In this document: in pieces, positions 38,543 through 47,218 of the stretch
Numbering within the stretch: the first letter of the stretch is position 1
Layout: every line of letters begins with the position of its first letter
DNA from: an uncultured Gammaproteobacteria bacterium
Lineage (GTDB): Bacteria > Patescibacteriota > Patescibacteriia > Magasanikbacterales > UBA922
Length of the DNA stretch: 64,000 bases
Reading direction: 5' to 3'
NCBI GenBank assembly: GCA_964418775.1
Contig: CAYQNA010000003.1
Span: forward strand, 7,307 to 71,306
Notes under the pieces: model-generated
Databases searched by the model: none
Told to the model about the DNA's origin: nothing
The model's input: only the letters and a program-made list of their open reading frames with translations
Made by a program: the position numbers and the translations under genes

Positions 38543-39034
38543 CTACTCAGCCATCTCATCCTTAAAATCTTGCCAACGATTTTTGAGCATGCGGCTCAAA
38601 TCAGTGGCGGCTTTTTTGGTTAAGGTTTTTTGTTTAGCGTACTTTTTTACCAAGTCATCGGCTGCTTTATCAAAGCTCTTACGCGAAACTTTGGCCGCGT
38701 CGCTAAATTCAGCCTTTAAATCCGCGTACAAAGCGCGTGCTTGAATATAATGCCAACGCTTTTTTAACTCATCGGCCAAATAATCGGCAGTACCCGTGGA
38801 AAGTTTTTTATTTTTGGCATACAGTTCCACCATTGTATCGACTGCGTCATCGTATGTTTCACGCGTGGCATCACCAAGTTCGGCAATACGGTGACCCATT
38901 TTGTCGTACAAATCTTCCAACTCTGCGTGAACTTTCTTCGTAATTTCCTTACCCTTCTTAGTTTTGCTCAAAGCCAACATTGCGCCGCCAATTAACGCAC
39001 CAAATGCCAGCCCTTTTTTGAATCCAGAACTCAT
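38543..39034 (-). CDS. YtxH-like membrane-anchored coiled-coil protein
   Basis: N-terminal TM (GLAFGALIGGAMLAL) then helical repeats. Confidence 0.3.
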   Translation of the reverse strand: MSSGFKKGLAFGALIGGAMLALSKTKKGKEITKKVHAELEDLYDKMGHRIAELGDATRETYDDAVDTMVELYAKNKKLSTGTADYLADELKKRWHYIQARALYADLKAEFSDAAKVSRKSFDKAADDLVKKYAKQKTLTKKAATDLSRMLKNRWQDFKDEMAE

Positions 39035-39107
39035 AGGCGTATTGTAAGCGACCTAACAGGCCATATAATTAACCATACGCCCGAAGATAGTGATTTGTCA
39101 ACCTAAA

Positions 39108-39626
39108 TCACAGTCTGCGGCTGTCGTAAGCCCAGTGCAACACTGCCTGGCGTTGGCGTGGACGGCAAAAAATATCACCTGTGCGACAATTGCGCTTGAT
39201 TTGCATAAGGTGGCGCGAGATTGCTTTCCAGCGGCGAATTTGGCGCGCGTCTTCTTTTGGTAAACGGCGGCCCATGTAATAGCGACAATACCATTGAAAC
39301 CAACCACGCGGATCAACCGGATTAATCCAACCTTTGGCGCGCCACACTGATAACGGTTGACTCGCACGCACGCCAAAATAATTTAATTTACGGTCTGCTT
39401 TGATTGGACTTAGTTTCGCATGTACAAACCAACTCGCGGGAAATTCCGCACGGCAATCGGTCATATACTTGCCACCAAAAACCCCAAGCTCCAACATCTC
39501 GGCCGGAGTTAAATGCGGTTTAAATTCCGGGTCAAAATTTTTTCCAATCGGTTCGGTTAATTCGTATTCGTAATCTTGCTGCATCAAATCGTTCACGACC
39601 ACAGTTTTTGGTTTGCTGCGAGACAT
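39108..39626 (-). CDS. Hypothetical protein (W/Y/R-rich: GWFQWYCRYYMGRR)
   Basis: No recognisable family. Confidence 0.3.
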   Translation of the reverse strand: MSRSKPKTVVVNDLMQQDYEYELTEPIGKNFDPEFKPHLTPAEMLELGVFGGKYMTDCRAEFPASWFVHAKLSPIKADRKLNYFGVRASQPLSVWRAKGWINPVDPRGWFQWYCRYYMGRRLPKEDARQIRRWKAISRHLMQIKRNCRTGDIFCRPRQRQAVLHWAYDSRRL

Positions 39627-39627
39627 A

Positions 39628-40320
39628 TTATTGCAATTGATACGTCCCGAAAATCTCTAATGAATTGGAAGCACAAACACTATTGCACGCAATTAAATTG
39701 AGTTTAGTAATAGGCACCTCACCAATCACTATGGTTCGCAGTTCGCGTAATTTTTGTTTAAATGCTTCGCCCGGTTCATGCGCAAAACGACAAAACGTGA
39801 TATTCCCAAAGAAAATCGAATCAGACATTAATTTTTTGTTATCAGGCACACCAATGATTTTCAAATTACTGCCCAATGTTTGGACCAGTGCCCGCAAGCG
39901 TTCGTCACTGTAACCCATTAACGAAAGGCTGGCAGGAAAGCGAATTACATCCTCGAGTACAAACGAAAACGCCTGATGTTGCGGCACAGTGTCGCGACAC
40001 ATAGCATCCACCGCCTGCACATCATCAGCTGTGAACGTGGGCGGGTTGTTAATCACTTGCACGTTTTTAATCGTCAAATGCATTGATTCGGCCGGATAAA
40101 AATAATGCTCGGGTTCAATTGCACGCAGCGGCTCTATAACCTCACGAATAATTTTAGTACTGATTGCTACGGGCACAAACGCCACAATCGTTAAACAAAG
40201 TCGTTTATCGTTAATAAAATCAGTTGGCCCGGTAACAATTGTGGCTGGATACGCATCATGTGCCACCGCTTTTTCAAGCTCAAGCACTAATTTTTTCTGT
40301 TTATCTTGATACATACACAT
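39628..40320 (-). CDS. Hypothetical protein, possibly 2H phosphoesterase-like
   Basis: One H-x-T-like motif (SMHLTIK); second motif degenerate; weak. Confidence 0.25.
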   Translation of the reverse strand: MCMYQDKQKKLVLELEKAVAHDAYPATIVTGPTDFINDKRLCLTIVAFVPVAISTKIIREVIEPLRAIEPEHYFYPAESMHLTIKNVQVINNPPTFTADDVQAVDAMCRDTVPQHQAFSFVLEDVIRFPASLSLMGYSDERLRALVQTLGSNLKIIGVPDNKKLMSDSIFFGNITFCRFAHEPGEAFKQKLRELRTIVIGEVPITKLNLIACNSVCASNSLEIFGTYQLQ

Positions 40321-40323
40321 AAT

Positions 40324-41079
40324 TTAAGCACACTCTAGATACAGAGGGCTATGATCCGAAAGAACATCAGGCAAAACCTTAAATTCATTAATCGTAATTC
40401 CCCTACTCACCAGCGCATAATCCGCAAATTTCCCAGGCTTAGTGTACAACAGAGTGCGCGTGGATTGAATACTATTCTCAATGATTAAATTGTGCAGACC
40501 CTCATTTTCCAACATGCGCAGACTTTCGGTATTTGGCTCTAAATTAAAATCCCCAATGATTATATACGGGTGGTCGAGTGTTTGGGTGAACTCAATTATT
40601 TTTTGTGATTGTTCCAAACGCGCAGGTGTATCCCCTTTTCCACTTTTATTCCACAAACAATGAACATTAATTACCGTGCGCAAGCCCCCATCAGTTTTGA
40701 ATGTAATATAGTCGAAATTCCGCGCATGATCTCTAACTACTGTTGACGACGCATAACCAGGAATTTGGTACACATATTTCTCACCCTCACTCACAATTTC
40801 ATATGCACGATTAACCAAAATTGCTTGACCAAAAAATTTGTAAAAGGCCGGATGGAAAAACCCTTGATGGCTGGGAAAAAAGTCCTGCACTTTTGGCCAC
40901 AGTTGATATTCGACTCCAACCAATGAGAGGTCTTGTCCAACGATTGGAAATAAATCTTCGCCACCACTGATCATTTCCTGAAAACAAAAAATATCCACGT
41001 CACGGTGACGTTCAAAAAATTCGGCAAACGCTGGCCACTCTACTCGGCCAGCGTTAATATTAAGACTAATGATTTTCAT
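40324..41079 (-). CDS. Endonuclease/exonuclease/phosphatase (EEP) family protein
   Basis: SLNINAG...CFQE, IIIGDFN, SDHSPL motifs. Confidence 0.75.
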   Translation of the reverse strand: MKIISLNINAGRVEWPAFAEFFERHRDVDIFCFQEMISGGEDLFPIVGQDLSLVGVEYQLWPKVQDFFPSHQGFFHPAFYKFFGQAILVNRAYEIVSEGEKYVYQIPGYASSTVVRDHARNFDYITFKTDGGLRTVINVHCLWNKSGKGDTPARLEQSQKIIEFTQTLDHPYIIIGDFNLEPNTESLRMLENEGLHNLIIENSIQSTRTLLYTKPGKFADYALVSRGITINEFKVLPDVLSDHSPLYLECA

Positions 41080-41101
41080 ATTGGGCTAAGGGTACCACAA
41101 T

Positions 41102-41126
41102 AAAAAAACACCCTCAAGGTGTTTTT
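41102..41126. terminator. Bidirectional terminator AACACC-CTCAA-GGTGTT with A/T runs
   Basis: Hairpin plus flanking runs. Confidence 0.55.
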
Positions 41127-41179
41127 CAGATGGAATGACGGGGCGACTGATGTCGTCGCCCCGGGCCTTCGTTCCTTGG

Positions 41180-41296
41180 CTAGAACGAGTAGCCGCTCGT
41201 ACGGCCCGAGGCATGGTACGCCCGAGTGCAGCCGAAGCCGCGCTCGAAGTGCCACACCACATTGATGCCGTTCGCGCGCTTGACAGTGACGCGCAT
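41180..41296 (-). other. GC-rich, highly structured ~200-nt locus: 38-codon ORF (MRVTVKRANGINVVWHFERGFGCTRAYHASGRTSGYSF) with AAAGGAGG SD, or structured sRNA
   Basis: Own promoter, strong SD, multiple perfect hairpins (GTCCAC-TCC-GTGGAC; CGGC-UUCG-GCUG; GGGGCGAC-N7-GUCGCCCC), terminator. Confidence 0.3.
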
Positions 41297-41329
41297 GGTC
41301 CCTCCTTTCGTCCACGGAGTGGACAAGTC

Positions 41330-41358
41330 ATAGTACTCTAAAAAGCCACTTTTGTCAA
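41330..41358 (-). promoter_or_regulatory. Minus-strand sigma-70 promoter TTGACA-17-TACTAT for the GC-rich small locus
   Basis: Consensus spacing and hexamers. Confidence 0.45.
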
Positions 41359-41367
41359 GATTTTCTA

Positions 41368-41396
41368 TTGGAAGGGAAAGAAAAAAATGCTATGAT
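41368..41396 (+). promoter_or_regulatory. Promoter TTGGAA-17-TATGAT for greA; ATG 6 nt downstream suggests near-leaderless mRNA
   Basis: Seen in sequence. Confidence 0.4.
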
Positions 41397-41402
41397 GTGG
41401 CT

Positions 41403-41900
41403 ATGCGCACGCTTGATCGAAAACCAGGCAAATATGGGCAAATGAAAGCTGACCCGTTTTTGACCGTGGATAAATTTCAAGAATTGGAACGGCAGTTGGC
41501 CCGGCTCAAAAAAAGCCAACCCGAGGCTGCGGCCGAAGTGGCTCGTTTGGCTGAAATGGGTGATTTTTCCGAGAATTTTGCTTACCAGCATGCCAAAGGA
41601 CGCTTGCGCGGTATTAACCAACGCATTTTGGAACTTGAGCATAAATTAAACCAGGCCGAGGTAATTCAACCTGGTGGTATGGATACAGTAGAGGTCGGCC
41701 ATACCGTTACCGTGGAATGTGACGGTGCGCAAAAAACCTTCCAAATCCTAGGGTCGACTGAAACTGACCCTCGCCGCGGTGTGATTTCGCACAACTCCCC
41801 GATTGGCGCAGCATTACTTGGCCACAAAGTTGGCGATATTGTGACAGTAAAAATTGTCAACAAAGCGCGCGAATATCAAATCATTAGCATCACTGTATGA
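41403..41900 (+). CDS. greA: Transcription elongation factor GreA
   Basis: N-terminal coiled coil with GDFSENFAYQHAK, C-terminal FKBP-like; alternative start 41442. Confidence 0.8.
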   Translation: MRTLDRKPGKYGQMKADPFLTVDKFQELERQLARLKKSQPEAAAEVARLAEMGDFSENFAYQHAKGRLRGINQRILELEHKLNQAEVIQPGGMDTVEVGHTVTVECDGAQKTFQILGSTETDPRRGVISHNSPIGAALLGHKVGDIVTVKIVNKAREYQIISITV

Positions 41901-42631
41901 AATGGACCATACTGACAGTAATTGGCGCCATTGGTTTATACGCTTGGATTGCGTATGCACACATGTACAATGACCGCACCGGTTTAACCACCCTCGACCC
42001 AACCCCAGAAGTTATGACGATTGCTGATGGTGAAGGTGGCGGCACAGGTTTAGTGTATGCTGCGCTTGGTGATAGTTTAACTGCGGGCACAGGCGTGGAC
42101 CAGGCTAGTGACTCGTACCCATACCAGCTTGGCCTCAAATTATCGAGTGAAAATAATTTTCCCGTAACTGTCATTAACTTAGGCATTCCCGGCGCTGTGG
42201 CTGCTGATGTTTTAAATACTGAGATTCCGCAATTAGCAGACCGTTACACTGATATTGTCACGCTGGCAATTGGTACAAACGATGTTCACAATCGCACGCC
42301 ACTGCCTGAATTTAAAAAAACATTAGAGACAATTGTCACCACACTGCACGAACGCGATGGCCAATTATACGTTATTAATATTCCCTATTTAGGCGACAAA
42401 CGTTTAGTGTGGTCACCATACCGTTCAATCATTGACCGCAGAATTCAGGCCTATAACCGCGTTATTAACGAAGTAGCCGATACCCAAGGTGTGTTTGTGA
42501 TTGACCTGTATAGCGAAACCAAAGCCGCAGCCTGGGCTGGCGGTGACTATTATTCAATTGATAAATTTCACCCTTCAGCGCAAGGGTATTTGTTATGGAG
42601 TTCTATTATTTATGACACACTTAATCACTAA
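41897..42631 (+). CDS. SGNH/GDSL hydrolase
   Basis: ALGDSLTAGTG block I, GTND block, DxxH C-terminal (DKFHPS). Confidence 0.75.
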   Translation: MKWTILTVIGAIGLYAWIAYAHMYNDRTGLTTLDPTPEVMTIADGEGGGTGLVYAALGDSLTAGTGVDQASDSYPYQLGLKLSSENNFPVTVINLGIPGAVAADVLNTEIPQLADRYTDIVTLAIGTNDVHNRTPLPEFKKTLETIVTTLHERDGQLYVINIPYLGDKRLVWSPYRSIIDRRIQAYNRVINEVADTQGVFVIDLYSETKAAAWAGGDYYSIDKFHPSAQGYLLWSSIIYDTLNH

Positions 42632-43700
42632 CGCAGTCACGCAAACGTATATTGTTATTGGGGTTTTGCTCGCTGGTTTACTGCTCACAATTCGCAAACG
42701 TCCGCTTGGCGCACTGTTTCCACCCGAGGCCACGACTGAATTAAAGGGACTGGCGATTTTGTTTGTGGTATTGTCGCATATCGGGTACTTTTTGGTCAGT
42801 GACCATGAGTTTTTGCAGCCACTCTCGAATTTTGCCGGTGTGGGCGTGGATATTTTCTTTATTTTATCAGGCTATGGGTTAGTGGCGAGCGCGCTCCAAC
42901 GCCCAATTTCGGTGTGGCAATTTTACCGCAAGCGTTTGCTAAAAATTTTTGTGCCCGTGCTTGTAACCATGCTGCTTTTGCTCGGTCTTGATTATTTGGT
43001 TCTCGACATCACGTATCCAACCGCGCTCACCATTAAAAATTTGTTTGGCTTTTTCCCACAGGCAGATTTGTATCGCGAAATCAATTCCCCACTCTGGTAC
43101 ATCACACCGCTCCTCGCCTACTACATTTTGTTCCCACTCGTATTTTGGCGCAAACAACCGCTGATTTCGGCCGGTGTTTTGGCCCTGGCAGCGTGGGTGT
43201 TTATTTACTTCTTGCCAGACCTAAATTTAGTGAGTGAAAGTTTAGTACACATGTACAAGCTGCATTTTATGGCCTTCCCCGTGGGTATGGCCGTGGCCGC
43301 ACTCACGAGTGAACCAATCCATTTGTCGCAAAAAAATCGCTGGGTTTGGACCGCTATTACGGCTGTGCTCGTGACCTACATGCTCAACAACACACAAGTT
43401 GGCAGCAGTTGGAAAAATGAATCAGCCTCGAGTATTGTGACTGCGCTCGCACTCGTTGGTTTGTTTATGGCCAAACCAATCAACAACAAAATACTGGCGC
43501 TCTTTGGCCTGTTTTCATTCGAAATTTATTTGCTACACTGGCCGCTCGTATATCGCTACGATTTCCTGTATGGCGGTGGTGTGCCAGCCGGTATTGCTAC
43601 AATCCTCTATCTCTTGATTTTATTGGGTCTCGGCTATTTGATGCAAAACTCAATTGCGCTCGCGCTCCAATCTAGGGCTGAAAAGCGTCGGTTAGCCTAA
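42612..43700 (+). CDS. Acyltransferase family 3 (membrane O-acyltransferase, OatA-like N-domain)
   Basis: ~10 TM, AT3 pattern; overlaps GDSL gene stop. Confidence 0.7.
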   Translation: MTHLITNAVTQTYIVIGVLLAGLLLTIRKRPLGALFPPEATTELKGLAILFVVLSHIGYFLVSDHEFLQPLSNFAGVGVDIFFILSGYGLVASALQRPISVWQFYRKRLLKIFVPVLVTMLLLLGLDYLVLDITYPTALTIKNLFGFFPQADLYREINSPLWYITPLLAYYILFPLVFWRKQPLISAGVLALAAWVFIYFLPDLNLVSESLVHMYKLHFMAFPVGMAVAALTSEPIHLSQKNRWVWTAITAVLVTYMLNNTQVGSSWKNESASSIVTALALVGLFMAKPINNKILALFGLFSFEIYLLHWPLVYRYDFLYGGGVPAGIATILYLLILLGLGYLMQNSIALALQSRAEKRRLA

Positions 43701-43706
43701 GCAGCG

Positions 43707-44165
43707 CTAAATTTTCTTCCACAATTCAACTGTGACTGGCATCATTCCCAAAGATTTGTACAAAGCCTGAGCAGCCTCGTTTTCCCAATCCGTGTGCGTG
43801 ATACTATGGTCGCATTTTTTGTTTTTAAATTCACGTACCAGACTTTTGATTAATTGTGTGCTAATACCTTGATTGCGAAAATTCTTGGAAATAAACAATT
43901 CACTAATATAACCCATTTTAGATAGAGTATGGCCGGGCCGTTTGAAAATTTCACCAAATACAAATCCGGCCAATTCACCGTCCACTTCTGCTACCAAAAC
44001 AACCTCACCGGCACCCAGTTTAGTGATTAAGCTAATTGATTTTGTGCGTTCATGAAACGCCCGACTCTTTTTCCATAATTTCTGCCGCGCCTTTTGCAAT
44101 TCATTTTGCCATTCCTGAATTTTAGGCAGGTCTTTTTTGGTGGCTTTACGAATAATTGTTTTCAT
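43707..44165 (-). CDS. GNAT family N-acetyltransferase
   Basis: Acetyl-CoA binding motif region Q/RxxGxG/A-like (NQGISTQLI). Confidence 0.6.
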   Translation of the reverse strand: MKTIIRKATKKDLPKIQEWQNELQKARQKLWKKSRAFHERTKSISLITKLGAGEVVLVAEVDGELAGFVFGEIFKRPGHTLSKMGYISELFISKNFRNQGISTQLIKSLVREFKNKKCDHSITHTDWENEAAQALYKSLGMMPVTVELWKKI

Positions 44166-44169
44166 AAAA

Positions 44170-44976
44170 TTAGAATTCTTTCTGAATATATAAATTCTCA
44201 ATTTCCTCAGCATCATTGGAATTTAAAATTAACTGCCTCCAAAAATCATACGGAGTATACCCTTTTTTATTCTCTAATGAATCCTTGGCATGAGGTACAC
44301 CATGAGCTACAGTGTTCTCCATATCAAAAGGTTCTGACCAAGCAAACATTGGATGGTCATTATTCAGCAATTCAACAAACTCAGGGAACTTTTGTGGAAA
44401 ATTTGCAAAGAAATTATGGTAGAAAGTTACCGGTAGATCAATTAATCCCAACTCTTCGTGAGTGCTATGTGTAGTAAACGCGCGATTACCCGCATAAACC
44501 TCATGCAAGGCCTCGCCAAATCCAGCAAAACGATCCACATACTTGAGGAACTTTGCCTCAGTTGTTTGAAGCTCTTGGGACTCCTTTAAAAGATCTTCGT
44601 AGGAATAATTCATTAGTTTGTACGGAAAGCGAGCAGACATTGCCGCGATTGCGTTTTGCTCTTGATTAGCAACTTCAGCAAGCTGGGCTGGTGCCATTTT
44701 AATTTTGTGACCTGCCTGCACATCGCCCATCACAATTTCCATATCATCGTGAACTGCGGCCATTAATTGAACTTTTGTTGAATCAAAACTACTGCCGAAT
44801 ACCTTTTCTGCAAGTGGCAAAATACTCTGGAGCAACCAAAGAACATGTTTAGAATGAGTAAACAAATTAGTACGATAATACATCGGACTATAAATGTGGT
44901 AACGCGTTACCTGGCGCAGGTCGTGCTCGCGGCCTTCAAAGTTCGCAAAAATCTCAGGATAGTTTATTTTTTCCAT
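44170..44976 (-). CDS. HD-domain phosphohydrolase (YfbR-like)
   Basis: HSKHV...AAVHDDMEIVMGD HD motif. Confidence 0.5.
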   Translation of the reverse strand: MEKINYPEIFANFEGREHDLRQVTRYHIYSPMYYRTNLFTHSKHVLWLLQSILPLAEKVFGSSFDSTKVQLMAAVHDDMEIVMGDVQAGHKIKMAPAQLAEVANQEQNAIAAMSARFPYKLMNYSYEDLLKESQELQTTEAKFLKYVDRFAGFGEALHEVYAGNRAFTTHSTHEELGLIDLPVTFYHNFFANFPQKFPEFVELLNNDHPMFAWSEPFDMENTVAHGVPHAKDSLENKKGYTPYDFWRQLILNSNDAEEIENLYIQKEF

Positions 44977-46078
44977 AGACTTGTTTGGAGAGTAGCATGA
45001 TTGGGAACACAAAAAACAGTACTGCCATAATCAAAAATGCTTCGCGGAGGTGACCTGTATACACAATTACTGATAAAGAAACGAGCGTAATTGTACGGCC
45101 AATGTTCAAATATAATTCGCGTGAGATCCAGGTAATTGACGCATTAGTAACATTATCAAGCAAAATATTGGAACGGATTGGGTTAAGCAGATTGTTCAGA
45201 AATTGATACGCAATAATGATAATCACGGCCAATCCTAGTGACTGCACAAAATATAGTGAAGTCATAAGGATACCGATCACAACGGACAATGGCCAAATAA
45301 ACTCCAGACGTTTTTTGGTTCGGTCAGAAATTCGGGCCAACCGGAGTGATAGCACCACTGACACCAGTGCAATCATGGACAACACTTGCCCAAAGTTAAA
45401 TTCACTTTTTATAAACGTGAGTAAATACAGCGCAATTAAAAGGCCGGATGTACTTTGCAATGCACCGTCAAGCATGGAAATCACACGAAAATTTTTGATG
45501 TGGTTAGTGATCTCAGCACGTGTATACGGATATTCTACGCGTTTAACCCATACCGTCAGAATCAAAGCCAGCACTAAAATCGCCAGGCCAATTGCAATAA
45601 ACGTGTGCAAACCAAATTGGCTCATAATCCAACCGCCCGTCATTGGCGCGAGTACACTGACCGCGCTACCAATCCCCCAATACAGAGCCATGCGTTGCAT
45701 TTTCTTTTCCTGGTGTGTATTCTCGAAAAACAAAATATTGTATGGCACGTAAAACAAGATGCCACCGCTGAGTTTGAGGAGTGTGTACGGAAACAAAATA
45801 TAGAGCGGCGCAATGGGGGTCAAAAGTAATGGCAGGCTAAGTAAAACCAGGCCCAATCCAAGCTGCATGCCACGCTGAGTGGTAAAACGACGCTTACTAA
45901 GTAAAAACAATGCACTGAGCCCATACCCTAGCCCCTCGGCCAAAAGCACGAGCCCAAAATTCAAATTATTTTTAACAAAATACGCAAACAAAATCGCCAA
46001 AAAACCAGACTGCACTGTGCTATAGGCAATGAGCACCCACCAGACTTGAAATTTTGACTTCAAATTCATAATGCACAT
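44954..46078 (-). CDS. MFS transporter
   Basis: 12 predicted TM helices. Confidence 0.7.
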   Translation of the reverse strand: MCIMNLKSKFQVWWVLIAYSTVQSGFLAILFAYFVKNNLNFGLVLLAEGLGYGLSALFLLSKRRFTTQRGMQLGLGLVLLSLPLLLTPIAPLYILFPYTLLKLSGGILFYVPYNILFFENTHQEKKMQRMALYWGIGSAVSVLAPMTGGWIMSQFGLHTFIAIGLAILVLALILTVWVKRVEYPYTRAEITNHIKNFRVISMLDGALQSTSGLLIALYLLTFIKSEFNFGQVLSMIALVSVVLSLRLARISDRTKKRLEFIWPLSVVIGILMTSLYFVQSLGLAVIIIIAYQFLNNLLNPIRSNILLDNVTNASITWISRELYLNIGRTITLVSLSVIVYTGHLREAFLIMAVLFFVFPIMLLSKQVYGKNKLS

Positions 46079-46102
46079 ACGATATCACAAACCCTGGAAA
46101 AA

Positions 46103-46127
46103 CAAAAAGACCTTGTGGGTCTTTTGT
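46103..46127. terminator. Terminator hairpin AAGACC-TTGTG-GGTCTT + T-run, downstream of intron-containing tRNA
   Basis: Seen in sequence. Confidence 0.5.
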
Positions 46128-46134
46128 ATACGAG

Positions 46135-46550
46135 CTCGACGGGTCGGATTCGAACCGACGACCAATTGGTTACACGTTATCCTTGCTTTCGCAAAGCGTG
46201 GACTATATCTTCACCCACGTCATAATCTGGTCAAGCCAGAAACGTTAGGGTGCGAAGCGCTTCCCCCGATAAATCGAGGTACTCCCATATGGGATAGTCT
46301 CTGAACCTTCAATGCCGTCCAGACAGTCATAAAGACAAATCCTTCTCAGCAAAGCTTGGCTGCAGATTGCCATATCCCGAACAAGTCGGGCTTTAGGTTT
46401 CCTGATCCGGTTAACCGGATTTTTCCAAATAAATGGAAAACAGTTCACTTCGTTTTTCATCCGAGCATTACTGCCCGGAGCTGCTATTCAGCTCTCTCGC
46501 GAGAGGAGCCGTAGCTACAGCCAACTGCTCTACCACTGAGCTACCGTCGA
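46135..46550 (-). tRNA. tRNA gene (U1-A72, G73) interrupted in the anticodon loop by a group I intron; spliced anticodon loop CUGUUAA (Asn, GUU) favoured, CUUGUAA (Thr, UGU) not excluded
   Basis: Intact acceptor/D arm (TCGACGG TA GCTC AGTGGTA GAGC) and T arm/acceptor (GTCGG TTCGAAT CCGAC CCGTCGA G) separated by ~340 nt carrying group I core elements; coordinates +/-2. Confidence 0.7.
46173..46516 (-). ncRNA. Group I intron (approx. boundaries) within tRNA
   Basis: Conserved R element GGTTCAGAGACTA and S element AAGATATAGTCC (P7 pairing GACTA/TAGTC), Q-like AATCTGCAGCCAAG; candidate IGS GCAGCU pairing exon GGCUGU with U.G at splice site; ends in G. Confidence 0.65.
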
Positions 46551-46635
46551 ATGATTGGTTTAAAGAACTGGCAAAAGTATATCAAAATCTTAAGAGGGTG
46601 TCAAGCACGGCAAAAAGGCAGAATTTTCTCTTTAC

Positions 46636-47106
46636 TTAGCCTATTTTAATCAAAAAATCAGGAATGATTCCCAAGGCAATGTAACGCGCCTGTAATTCTG
46701 CTGGTAAATATTGGAAATCGCGAATTAAACCACGGCACAACAGACTGCCGCACTCACACGTCATTTCATTCGCATCATTGTACATGGTAGTGGAATAATC
46801 GTAAGTGATTTGTTCACCCGCACCAATGTCTTTGATAGCAATTAAATCCGCCAGCTCGCCCACCACGCGATACCCGGCATTTGGGTCGCACGAGTGATTG
46901 ACATAATCATCAACCTCACCCGACGAACCTAAAAATGTGCGCTCCCCGATTTGCAAACAATGCTCGTCCTCGTATGAGCCATCCTCAAAATCATCATAAT
47001 CCAAAATTGGCCCCTTGGCTTCGAGGATTTTCTCACCTTTGGCAAACGGCCTGGCCGCAAACACGCCCTGGCCATATTTGGTTTGTTTGGTGATAATATC
47101 GGGCAT
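46636..47106 (-). CDS. SET-domain protein (putative lysine methyltransferase)
   Basis: NHSCDPN, ITYDY and post-SET CECGSLLCRG motifs; start set at MPDIITK because track ORF (TTG 47175) would overlap tRNA-Gln. Confidence 0.65.
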   Translation of the reverse strand: MPDIITKQTKYGQGVFAARPFAKGEKILEAKGPILDYDDFEDGSYEDEHCLQIGERTFLGSSGEVDDYVNHSCDPNAGYRVVGELADLIAIKDIGAGEQITYDYSTTMYNDANEMTCECGSLLCRGLIRDFQYLPAELQARYIALGIIPDFLIKIG

Positions 47107-47129
47107 ATAAAAACAGAGGTTGTCCTCTG
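47104..47129. terminator. Terminator hairpin CAGAGG-TTGT-CCTCTG followed by U-run on minus strand
   Basis: Immediately downstream of tRNA-Gln. Confidence 0.45.
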
Positions 47130-47136
47130 CAAATAG

Positions 47137-47207
47137 TTCCGGGGCAAGGATTCGAACCTCGATACGCAGCTTCAAAGGCTGCTGTCCTACCTTTAGACGA
47201 CCCCGGA
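47137..47207 (-). tRNA. tRNA-Gln (anticodon UUG), U1-A72
   Basis: Cloverleaf: TCCGGGG/CCCCGGA acceptor, anticodon arm GCAGC-CTTTGAA-GCTGC, T loop TTCGAAT. Confidence 0.85.
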
Positions 47208-47218
47208 GTGTTCCCTAC

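Noticed and set aside
41076-41341. ORFs 41076-41315 (-), 41086-41331 (-) and 41135-41341 (+) over the GC-rich locus
   Set aside because: They run through the terminator and promoter elements and lack start-site signals. The 38-codon frame with AAAGGAGG, or an sRNA, fits the punctuation better.
46245-46639. ORFs 46245-46460 (-) and 46433-46639 (+) between MFS and SET genes
   Set aside because: They lie entirely within the group I intron / tRNA exon; the RNA-gene explanation is much stronger.
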